This document shows positions 53,043-64,000 of a DNA stretch of 64,000 nucleotides, one piece after another (within the stretch, counting starts at the first letter, position 1; each line of letters opens with the position of its first letter). The stretch comes from Octopus vulgaris (taxonomy: Eukaryota): the NCBI GenBank assembly GCA_951406725.2, contig OX597821.1, positions 13,702,001-13,766,000 of the forward strand, written 5' to 3'. A program made the translations under genes and the position numbers. The notes below the pieces were generated by a model that saw only the letters and a list, made by a program, of their open reading frames with translations, was not told the DNA's origin and made no database searches.

Positions 53043-54959
53043 TATACGTGTATAAATATACACAAACACACACACATATATATGTAGGTATATGTAGATA
53101 GGTAGGCATATGTAGGTAAATATCTATATATGTATGTAGGTATGTTACGTATATCTCTGTGTACGTACGTATGGATGGACGTATGCATCATGTAATATTA
53201 CATATGAATTCATTCATACAGTAACCGGCATGTCGATTAACGCTCTTTTAATGCGATTGGTTAAACAACATCACGGGCAGACTTAATTAAATATATTACT
53301 AGCAATAAAACAATTATGTAACAAGCCGTTTGAAATACTACATCCATACACGACTGGTTTCCGCTTAGTTTTGAGGTTTATTTCTTCTTTTTTGGGGACT
53401 GAGTCATCCTCCTAACGATTTCAGTACTTTGGACCTGGCCAAGTAGCAGCTGTTTGTATTCTTCGAATTATAAAACGCTCTGGTTATAGTCTCACCTCAG
53501 TTTGACTCACCAGCTGAGATACTTAGCTAGTTATAAAATTTAATTGAATACAAATGGTGAAACTTTTTAATTAACACACACAAAAAAAAAAAAATGTGGT
53601 TCCACTTTGAATATAATTGTATTACAGAGATGTCTGTCTGCTGGAGAATTTGTAAGCATGTTTTTGAATGTGTGTGTGTGTGTGTATTTCTTTATACTTG
53701 GGTACACATGTGTGATTAGAGTGTACATATATATATATATGTGTGTGTGTGTGTGCGTGTGTATGTGTGTATCTATATATATATATGTATATGTATATAT
53801 ATATATGTATATATGTATATGTATATGTATATATGTATATATATGTATGTATATATATATATATATATATGCATATATATATATATGCATATACATATAC
53901 ACACACATACACACACACATATATATATATATACATATATATATGCATATACATATACACACATACATATATATATATGTATATATATATATACATATAT
54001 ACATATATATGCATATACATACACACACACACACATATATAAGCTTGTGTGTGTGCGTGTGAATGTTTTAGGTGTGTATGTGTATATATGTGTGTAGGGT
54101 ATAAATATGTGAATGCATGGGTAGAAGGGAGGAAGAGTGAGACTTAAAAACAGGGAGGGGGAGATTGAACGGGAAAAATGAGTAAGCGTGAAGGAAAGGA
54201 ATGAAGAAGACAGATAAATAATTGAAGAAACTGAAAGAGATTGAAAGAGAGAGAGAGATGAAGTGAACGTGGATTGTATAACTGAATAAGAAGACGTGGA
54301 CAGTCTTTATATTATCGCATTTTATCTGGAATAACGGTATAACTGATGTTGAATTATGGTGTGCGTGTGTGTGAGTATGATGTGTGTGTGTGTGTGTGTC
54401 AGTATGTGTGTGTGTGTGTGTTGCTTCAGTCATTGGATTGCGGCCATATTGGGACACTGCCTCGAGGATTTGAAACAGAAAAGATTAAAACAATGTTAAT
54501 AAGAGATCGTAAATCAGAGGAAGAGAATATCAAGATGGAAAGAAAGATAGCTTAGAATATCTGGAGTGAGAGAGAGAAAGAAAGAGATAGACAGACAGAG
54601 AAAGCTAGAAAGGATACAGAAAGAGAGAAGGGGAAGAGAGAGAGAAAGAGAAAGTGAAAGTAGGAAATTAAGAATTTACAATGAGAGGGCGGCGGAAGAC
54701 AAGATACATTAAAAAAATTGTAAAAGTAAATGACTAAGAAATTTTTAGGTGTGGTGCTGGCGCTGGTGTTGGTAATTAGGGTATAGGGGCAGTAGTCGAT
54801 GATGATGGTGATAGTAGTGATGATGATAATAGCAACAGTGTCCCGGGGTTATTGTGGACGTTGAACGAGATTGTGATGATAATGATGATATTGTTTCTTG
54901 CGATGGAACTCATAGTGATCGTCATCAACGACGATTATGATAAAAAGGGGTTTGGACTA

Positions 54960-55530
54960 AGAGCGATGATGCTGATGATGATGATGATGAGGAGGAGGAG
55001 GAGGATGATGGGGAAGAAGGGGGGAGGAGCGGAGGAGCCGAAGCCTGAATATGATGAGCAAGTTCGTGGTCATGATGTCGTTGGCGGTGGATGTGGCAAG
55101 TGACACTGACGAGACAATTATAATATCCATAATAATAATAATAATAATAATAGTAATAGTAATATCCATTATCAGCATCATCATCTCAATAGTCATAACG
55201 ATGATGATGCTGATGAGGATGATGATAACGATGATGATGATGATGATGACGATGACGATGATGATGATAACGATGACGATAATGACGACGATGATGATAA
55301 CGATGACGATGATGATGATGATGATGATGATGATAACGATGATGATGATGATGATGATGATGATGATAGCGATGATGATGATAGCGATGATGATGATAAT
55401 GTTGTTGTTGTTGGTGGTGGTGATGGTGGTGCAGTGACAGTAATGATGATGATTATGATACCCAGTATCATCATAATCATAATCCTCGTCATCGTCGTCG
55501 TCATCTCAGTTATCATAATGATGATGGCAG
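54960..55530. repeat. (GAT)n/(AAT)n low-complexity tract
   Basis: Direct observation; explains the poly-M/poly-S ORFs. Confidence 0.9.
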
Positions 55531-56151
55531 GGGGGGCGGCGGCGAAGATGGTGTTGGGGAGGGGAGATGTTGGGTGGGAGTTGAAGAGGAAGAAGACACG
55601 CAAGATAGGGAAGATGTAGAAGTCTACCTAACAAAGTCACTTTGTTATCGCCAAGGCATGCTCAAAATGTACGTAGGTTGATAAAATGAATGAAAACTTT
55701 TGAGCGAAAGCAAAACAATCATTTGCCTCTCTCTTTTCCACCTCCTCTTCCTATCACCTTCTTCTCTCTCACACTCTCTATATTTCTCTCTCTCTCTCTT
55801 TCTCTCCCAAACTAACAAACTGATTCCTTAATCTGATACCACGCACAAAATGTCTGTCATGATAAGTAAGATAACAAGGTTTAGATGTAGATGAGGTCAA
55901 AAGGGCAAGACCCCTGTGACTCTTATAAAGGCCTTGAAAATCTTCGATCTTCATCTGGTAAGCTAAACATGGCGGAAGAATGGGTTGAAAGAGGAAGAGA
56001 GTGAGAAAGATGGCGGGGGGTTCCTAGTTGTATTGGTATTTTGGTTTAACAACAAAACACTTTTTGATGAAGGTAGTAAGAAAAGGAAAGAGAGAAAGCA
56101 GGTCCCACGCGCATAGCACATACATGTACAATATATATAGATGTGTGTGTG

Positions 56152-56182
<31 letters not shown>

Positions 56183-56293
56183 TCTATTTCAGCAAGGTCT
56201 AACAAACACAAGAGAAATGTGAAGTTTTGACGGAGTGAATCATCAGCTTCAAATAGATAAAAAGCTAAATAATGCATCACTACACATGATATA

Positions 56294-56388
<95 letters not shown>

Positions 56389-56673
56389 GTATATATGCAT
56401 ATATAAAGATAAGTACATTTACTATATATATATAAATACATATACACATACATATATACGTACATATACATACACATAAATATACACATTTACATATATA
56501 TGTATGTATGTATATGTATATGTGTGGGGAGGGGGAGTTATGTGTTAGGAAAAGGTTTTGGAATGGACATGAAAGAATCAGATGGACTGCATATTTGTCA
56601 GGCTGTAAAAAATATGATGAAGCAAATACTAAGAAAATGTAAACAAACAAATGAACAAAGAAAGAAAGAAAGA

Positions 56674-56920
56674 AAACGAGAGCACTTAGAGAGCGCAAAC
56701 CTCCGCCAAGGCAACACCAACGTCGTCTCAATGATTAGCCAGGGAAGAGTTTTAAACTCGACCGCTCTCACAAATGAGAATACTAAAAAGGAACCCGAAT
56801 GCTCTCAAAAATTAAGTTTTAAAAAAAGACGGATAAATAATCCAGAATCCTTGTCCGGTACCGGATCAATCCCAAAATCTAATTAGTTCGTACCATGATG
56901 ATGATGAAAGAGAGAGAGGG

Positions 56921-56977
<57 letters not shown>

Positions 56978-57203
56978 TGAAAGTAGGAAATTAAGAATCT
57001 ACAATGAGAGGGCGGCGGAAGACAAGATACATTTAAAAAATTCGTAAAAGTAAATGACTAAGAAATTGTTGGGTGTGGTGCTGGGCCAAACATCCTTGAA
57101 TGTTTCATCCGAATCCATCCAGCGGTTTTTGAGATATATTGTCCACGAACAAACAAACACGACTGAAAACAATACCTCCGATTTCGCTAAAGCGGAGGTA
57201 ATA
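56674..57203 (-). mobile_element. Helentron/HINE (DINE-1-like) non-autonomous element with an insert
   Basis: Sub-terminal IR acctccgc (56699-56706) / gcggaggt (57192-57199); extra IR tacctccg...cggaggta at one end; short hairpin gcact-tagag-agcgc at the other; lies in A/T runs. Confidence 0.65.
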
Positions 57204-57652
57204 AGAGAAAATAATGTGAAGGAGTTTAATAGAAGATAGTTTTAGAAACTGAAACAAGTAGAAAGAATTTATTTAGGAATGGGATTTCAAGAGAGAAACG
57301 AATTCAACAAAGATTTATAGAAGAAACAATAGAAGATAAAACAGCTACCACCGCTCTCTAATAGATGCGTTTGGAGACGTTTGCGTTTGTGTTGTTATGT
57401 GTTGTATGTTCGGCGAATTAATGAATCGTCTAAGTGGTTTCACTTTCTGTTTTTCCTCCACCGACTTTGTACCAAAGCTTAAGACCTTTCTAATGGATCA
57501 GATGTTTGGCGCTGAGCGTGCTTCGATGTAATGTGTGTGTGTGTGCAGGGGGTTGTTTGGTTGGTGTGGCTGTTTTTGCTTGTTAATTTGTTAGAAGTCT
57601 TATATAAATAGGACTATGTCGATGTGGGTGTATATGCATGTATGTAAGTGTA

Positions 57653-57700
<48 letters not shown>

Positions 57701-58426
57701 AGACTGAACGAAGAATAAGAAAAAGCAGGCGAAAGCAACAGTCAATCTGTGAAAGAAGGAAAAAAAGAAAAAAAAGAACGAATGAAAGAAAGGGCATGTC
57801 GGGGGAGAGACAGACAGACAGACAAAGGCTTACATGCATACAGACAGACAGACAGATAGATAGGCAGACTGAGGGAGTATCTTTAACCTACACAGAATCA
57901 ACTAATTTTCTGATTGATACAACGATAGAAATATCAATCAGTATGGATGACTTAAACGGCACAATTTTCTGGTTGGTTTCTGTTTCAAGTCCATTCGATT
58001 TCGATGAACTTTACGAATTTCTAAGGCCACATTATCGATGTAAGATATTGGGAAAAGAAACAGATTTAGGTCGTATGGATATCATTTCGTTTTTAGCCGT
58101 TTCTTGTGTGGTCATTCATTCTTAGATTTTTTTTTGTCTTTTAATGCTTCTGTATCGACAATGATTGCTACTAAAAGAAAAGGTTAAAAACAGAATAATT
58201 TCCATCCACCAAGACTTGCTCAATATTCCTTTGTTCATAAATTCTTCAATATTGAATAACAAACGACTGTGTTTTGGGATTGAACTGGTTTGACGCCGCA
58301 TTTTGTGTAATCCAGACAGTTTCACTAAGTTTAACTCTTAAAGCATCTAATGGCATACACACACACACACACACACAAACACAGCATACACACGTATATA
58401 TGCAAGTATATCTATATATATATCTA

Positions 58427-58472
<46 letters not shown>

Positions 58473-58473
<1 letters not shown>

Positions 58474-58774
58474 GAAAAATACAAACTGGGACAAGAACGT
58501 AAAACATTTAGAAGACGATACAAAAAACACAGACGGGACATTCGAAGCCTTCAATCTTCAGTCAAGAACCGGATCATCGTAGCAATTTCGGCTGATTAAT
58601 CTTGAGATTGCTCTGATCCGGCCAGCCCCAAGGAAAAGCTAAGCTACGAGCATTAGATTTCTTGGAAAAAGGATCGAATGTATACGAAACAGGGACAGAA
58701 AAACGGACGATGCCACACGAATATAAAATGCAAAAAACAATAAAGTAAAAACAGGACAAAAACAGCGGGTGTCA
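58473..58774 (-). mobile_element. Family P2 element with hammerhead relic
   Basis: Minus strand ttga-CTGAAGA-ttgaaggcttc-GAAtgtc (~58537-58565); abuts (TA)n; homologous to 15008-15124. Confidence 0.6.
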
Positions 58775-58777
58775 TAT

Positions 58778-59079
58778 ATCACCGTGATCACCGTGACCGA
58801 CCAGGCTATCAGATGTTGCTACACATCGCTGGTCAGAATGTGCTTCGCATTGTTTTAGCCTTCAAATGACGCCACCCCGCTGGCTAAGCGAGCAGGTCAA
58901 CAGAAGAAAGAGTGAGAGAAGGTTGTGGCGAAAGAGTACAGCAGGGATCGCCACCCCCACCCCCTGCCGGAGACTCGTGGAGTTTTTAGGTGTTTTCGCT
59001 CAATAAACACTCACAACGCCCGGCCTGGGAATCGAAACCGCGAGTCCGCTCTTTTAACCACTGGGCCATTGCGCCTCCA
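58778..59079 (-). mobile_element. SINE C head and body with alternative tail 2
   Basis: 58900-59079 matches C; 58778-58898 is unrelated to the 20117 tail but matches 25932-26050. Confidence 0.85.
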
Positions 59080-59088
59080 CACACACAC

Positions 59089-59176
<88 letters not shown>

Positions 59177-59180
<4 letters not shown>

Positions 59181-59340
59181 CAAAACAGAGAGTGGAAGAA
59201 TTATCCGTATTATTTATTCACCATTACACATGTTTCATTTGCTAACAGGAATTTCAGTTTTGTAATATTAGATAGAGATTTAAAGAATTTTCTACTAGGT
59301 ATTCTTCAGAGAAGTTTAATAATATTCTGTCTTAAGATTT
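59177..59340 (-). mobile_element. (TA)n-adjacent island with widely spaced CTGAAGA...GAAAcatgT
   Basis: Core boxes at 59303-59309 and 59233-59236 (minus); helices not convincing. Confidence 0.3.
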
Positions 59341-59388
59341 TATATGCATGTTTGTGTGGATGATTATGTGTATGTGTATACATGTGTG

Positions 59389-59436
<48 letters not shown>

Positions 59437-59545
59437 CTCTTTTATGTGTGTATACGTGCTGATATGAACATGCGTTCGAAAGGAGAGGAAGGAGAAACTA
59501 GTAATTAATTTGCCAACGTGAGGACGATACATAGAGAGAATAATA

Positions 59546-59807
59546 CTCTCTTTACTCTTTTACTCTTTTACTCTTTTACTTGTTTCAGTCAGTTGACTGT
59601 GCCCATGCTGGAGCACCACCTTTAGTCGATCAAATCGACATCAGAACTTACTCTTTGTAAGCCTAGTACTTATCATATCGGTCTCTTTTGCCGAACCGTT
59701 AAGTTACGGGGACCTAAACACACCAGCATTGGTTGTCAAGCGATGTTTGTGGTACAAACACAGACACACAAACATACATACAAACATATATATATATATA
59801 TAAATAA

Positions 59808-59853
<46 letters not shown>

Positions 59854-60015
59854 GACGGGCTTCTTTCAGTTTCCGTCTACCAAATCCACTCACAAGGCAT
59901 TGGTCTGCCCGAGGTTATAGTAGAAGACACTTGCCCAAGGTTCCACGCAGTGGGACGGAACCCGGAACCATGTGGTTCGTAAGGAAGCTACTTACCACAC
60001 ACCCACTCCTATGCC
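59546..60015 (-). mobile_element. SINE A, full length
   Basis: (ctctttta)n tail...cactcctatgcc. Confidence 0.92.
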
Positions 60016-60411
60016 TATATATTAAAAAAGAAACATGTTGAAAGAGATTAAGTCAGAGAACACGAGAGAGTGAGAAAGACAGAGAGAGAGAGGGGGAGAG
60101 AGGGACAGAGAGAGAGTGTGAGTGAGTGAGTGAGTGAGTGAGTGAGTGAGTGAGTGAGAGATGAAGGAAGGGAAGAGAACCAGAAGGCGATAGAATGATC
60201 CCCTGTATTTCTTTGTATGAAAATAGTGATAGACAAATACGTCATTCAATTCACGGTGTATTGTATATATGTGTGTACTATTACATTCTTAGTGATTTCA
60301 AGCAGATGGCTATGACCGATTATAGGATCAGAAAATTCTTAAGAGGTTATCAAAACAATACATATTTGGGGAATGTTTTTGTTATTTATATATTTATTTG
60401 GAGTTTTTTTT

Positions 60412-60468
<57 letters not shown>

Positions 60469-60607
60469 CGTACGTATTTCCATTTCTGATTTCCACCATG
60501 GTACAGGAATGTAAAGAGTTGCCTTTTCTTCCCTCTGTGATTTGCTTATGGAGGTTATAAGCGGTATAGTGACGAATGAATAGCTGCAAAATGTTTGTGC
60601 GTGTATG

Positions 60608-60667
<60 letters not shown>

Positions 60668-60800
60668 CATGTATATATGTATGTATGTATGTATGTATGT
60701 GTATATGTTGTATAGAGTTTGAAGGATAACTTCTACATATGTATGATATATATATATATATAACATAAAGTATATCTCGTTCAGAGATTTATTATTGCTA

Positions 60801-60853
<53 letters not shown>

Positions 60854-61607
60854 GTATGTATACATATAATTGTATATATATGTGTGTGAATAAAATACAG
60901 AGTTATATATGTTAAATACATATACGTACATATAGTATGTGTATGTGTGTATGTGCGTATGCGTGAGAGAGAGAGAGAGAGAGAGAGAAATAAAAAGAGT
61001 GAGAGAGAGAATTCCATCGTTTGCTCTTAGTATATTTGGTTCAAAGCAATTTGGGTATTTCCAAATTTCTAGCCTGAATGAAGGAGAAAGTAAAAGCTAC
61101 AGAAGCTATTGCATGTAAGATGTAAGTGAGGAGAATTAGAGGAGGAAGGGCAGGATTAAAGAAATTGTTTGTCTTCTTTTTTTTGTTTTATTTAATTATG
61201 TATTTATTTATTTTTTAGTTTAGACAGGAATGGAATCCAATTTCTTGTGGCTTGTTGGTTGTTTTTATAAATATGTGACCAGTGATAGAAGATACGTTAC
61301 ATAGTAATGGACTGTGGTATTGTCGTTTAGCCCAAGCCTGCTCTGATTAAGCAGGTCTATGATCAAGGGCATTCCAACCATGACCACCCCATCTCTTATT
61401 TAATCACATTATATCCAGGACTATATTATCTAATATGAGATTTTTATTGCAAGGTTGTTTAGTTTACTTCTCACTTGGAGTGGAGAGTTTAATGCTTCGG
61501 GACTTTACTCTGAGTTTGACAGAAAACACAAATGGTAAAGGAGTTATATCGGCAGTGAGAGGTGAGAATACCGAGTTGCCTTGAATTCTGTATGATCTGT
61601 ATTTATA

Positions 61608-61771
61608 GGCATAGGAGTAGCTCTGTGGTAAGTAGCTTGCTTACCACCACATAGTTCCGGGTTCAGTCCTACTGCGTGGCACCATGGGCAAGTGTCTTCT
61701 ACTATAGCCTCGGGCCAACCAAAGCCTTGTGAGTGGATTTGGTAGACGGAAACTGAAAGAAGCCCGTCGTA

Positions 61772-61849
<78 letters not shown>

Positions 61850-62061
61850 CGCGTGTGTGTGTGTATGTTTGTTGTCTGTGTTTGTCCCCCCAGCATCGCT
61901 TGACAACCGATGCTGGTGTGTTCACGTGCTCGTAACTTAGAACGATAGAATAAGTACTAAGCTTACAAAGAATAAGTCCTGCGGTCGATTTGCTCGACAA
62001 ACGGCAGTGCTCCAGCATGGCCACAGTCAAATTACTGAAACAAGTAAAAGAGTAAAAGAGT
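61608..62061 (+). mobile_element. SINE A, full length
   Basis: ggcataggagtagctctgtgg...gtaaaagagtaaaagagt. Confidence 0.92.
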
Positions 62062-62124
62062 ATCTAATATTAAAAACAAAATAGTTAAGGCAACGCCTGG
62101 ACTTTGCTGTTTCGAGTCCTTGAA

Positions 62125-62347
62125 CTCTTAGGGCCGGTTGCCGGATTCTATGGCATATAAGTGAGCGGGAACCCAACTTTATACCCTGGACGAGAAAACC
62201 AGTCCGTCGCAGGGTTACCCATTACATTTGAATGGACATAGAAATTTGAAAAGGAATCGTTTTCGCCGAAAACAGAACTCCCGCCCGCTCCGGAAACCGA
62301 AACCACGATGTTGTGATCGCGAGTGCAACGTCTTAACCACTAAGCCA
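62125..62347 (-). mobile_element. V-domain-like SINE
   Basis: ccagtccgtcgcagggttac and head gaaaccacgat...ttaaccactaagcc are reverse-complement matches to the 52781 family. Confidence 0.6.
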
Positions 62348-62821
62348 GACTTTTTTCCTTTTTTTGTTTATGACAGAAGGCTATGATTTGAAGGATATTT
62401 GTTGTAGCTGTTGTTGTTTTTCCAACAGGCCATACAGATACTGCTTCATTGCATCGAAATAGACTGTGAGTTCTTTGTAGAGGAATGCCATAGATATGTA
62501 GTAAAATAAATATAAATATTCTGAAGAATGAATATGTGGGTATTATATTTGAGTCCTCCTCGTTGTAAAGTCATGAATAGGAGTTTTGTTAGAAAATGAG
62601 GTTACTATAAGATAAACTTCTCAGAATTAAACCAAAATGGTGGGTGGTGAGGAGAGACTTAGAGAGAATAATACAAAGCAGTGTGTGAACAGAAGGGAAG
62701 TGGATATAGTTTAGGGGTAGGTTAGTTTGTGAAGAAGGAAGTTAGCCTTCCAAGATGATGGTTTCTTGTTAAGTTGGTGGCACGGATACAGGATAAGGTT
62801 TGTGGCTAGCGGATGAAGGTC

Positions 62822-63585
62822 GGTTAGAGAGAGGTGGGGTGATGTTGTGAGTGATGATGAGAGTTGGTTAGAGAGGGAGAATAGGAGAGTCAGAGTGGCG
62901 GTGAGAGTTGGTTAGAGAGAGGTGGGGTGATGTTGTGAGGGATGATGAGAGTTGGTTAGAGAGGGAGAATAGGAGAGTCAGAGTGGCGGTGAGAGCTGGT
63001 TAGAGAGAGGTGGGGTGATGATGAGAGTTGGTTAGAGAGAGGTGGGGTGATGTTGTGAGGGATGGTGAGAGTTGGTTAGAGAGGGAGAATAGGAGAGTCA
63101 GAGTGGCGGTGAGAGCTGGTTAGAGAGAGGTGGGGTGATGATGAGAGTTGGTTAGAGAGAGATGGGGTGATGTTGTGAGGGATGGTGAGAGTTGGTTAGA
63201 GAGGGAGAATAGGAGAGTCAGAGTGGCGGTGAGAGTTGGTTAGAGAGAGGTGGGGTGATGTTGTGAGTGATGATGAGAATTGGTTAGAGAGGGAGAATAG
63301 GAGAGTCAGAGTGGCGGTGAGAGCTGGTTAGAGAGAGGTGGGGTGATGATGAGAGTTGGTTAGAGAGGGAGAATAGGAGAGTCAGAGTGGCGGTGAGAGT
63401 TGGTTAGAGAGAGGTGGGGTGATGTTGTGAGTGATGGTGAGAGTTGGTTAGAGAGGGAGAATAGGAGAGTCAGAGTGGCGGTGAGAGTTGGCTAGAGAGA
63501 GGTGGGGTGATGTTGTGAGTGATGGTGAGAGTTGGTTAGAGAGGGAGAATAGGAGAGTCAGAGTGGCGTGAGAGCTGGTTAGAGA
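62822..63585. repeat. Purine-rich higher-order minisatellite of 44-, 44- and 32-bp units
   Basis: Units share gagag(t/c)tggttagagag; order A B A B C A B C A B A B C B A B A B. Confidence 0.92.
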
Positions 63586-63896
63586 TTGGGAGCTGCGTTG
63601 GTAATTGATTAGAGAGATAGAGATATATAGAGAGAGTATTGACGGGAGTAGACTAGAGAGAGAGTGGGAGTGAGCTTCATAGTGGTGGTAAGAGTAGGGT
63701 ACTGTGTAGTAAAGTTTAAAAAATGAGATAAATTTCAGGAAAAATCATGACTATACTTCATGTAGATCCTGTGTGTGTGTGAGTGAGGGAGGGAGGGGAG
63801 AGAGGGAGGGAGAGAGAGAGATTTGAGAAATAAGGAGAGAGATAGAATAAATGAGGAAATCTGAACGTGATAGAGAAATTTACTAAATGATGGCAA

Positions 63897-64000
63897 GTGG
63901 AGGCGCAATGGCCCAGAGGTTAGGGCAGCGGACTCGCGGTCATAGGATCGCGGTTTCGATTCCCAGACCGGGCGTTGTGAGTATTTATTGAGCGAAAACA
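63897..64000 (+). mobile_element. SINE C 5' end (runs off the window)
   Basis: gtggaggcgcaatggcccag...ttgagcgaaaaca. Confidence 0.9.

Noticed and set aside
57616-58125. 169-aa ORF with complex C-terminal half
   Set aside because: Starts in microsatellite; no recognisable domain or clear splice signals.
62400-62830. Possible Penelope RT relic (DLHPLATNLIL) and CTGAAGA at 62521
   Set aside because: Resemblance too short and vague; no GAAA box or paired helices follow.
62822-63585. CRISPR-like repeat-spacer array
   Set aside because: Intervening segments are only three recurring types rather than unique spacers; eukaryotic context with no cas genes.

Overview
AT-rich, extremely microsatellite-dense eukaryotic non-coding DNA (intronic or intergenic). 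The repeat families match what I recall of octopus (coleoid cephalopod) tRNA-derived SINEs; this taxon call is an inference. No host protein-coding gene is supportable: almost all ORFs in the track are translations of (TA)n/(CA)n/(GAT)n tracts or of SINE bodies. The window contains four recurring SINE families (A: CORE-like with an internal (TA)n(TG)n tract; B: with three alternative tails; C: tRNA-like head with two alternative tails; V-domain-like), a 5'-truncated RTE-type LINE with TSD, a non-autonomous Helitron, a Helentron/HINE-like element carrying a copy of nearby DNA, mariner- and pogo-type MITEs, a ~0.9 kb SINE-bounded tandem duplication, a perfect 106-bp-arm palindrome and a higher-order minisatellite. 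The most striking pattern is a set of about 12 short (110-300 bp) islands of several families sitting in (TA)n tracts. Most carry a hammerhead-ribozyme core (CUGANGA...GAAA...UH), and three fold into near-complete type I hammerheads (17816-17860, 28899-28949, 45106-45149). This suggests (TA)n-targeted, ribozyme-bearing, non-autonomous Penelope-like or retrozyme-like elements that often nest inside the microsatellite of SINE A. All folds were done by eye; coordinates of degenerate copies are approximate.
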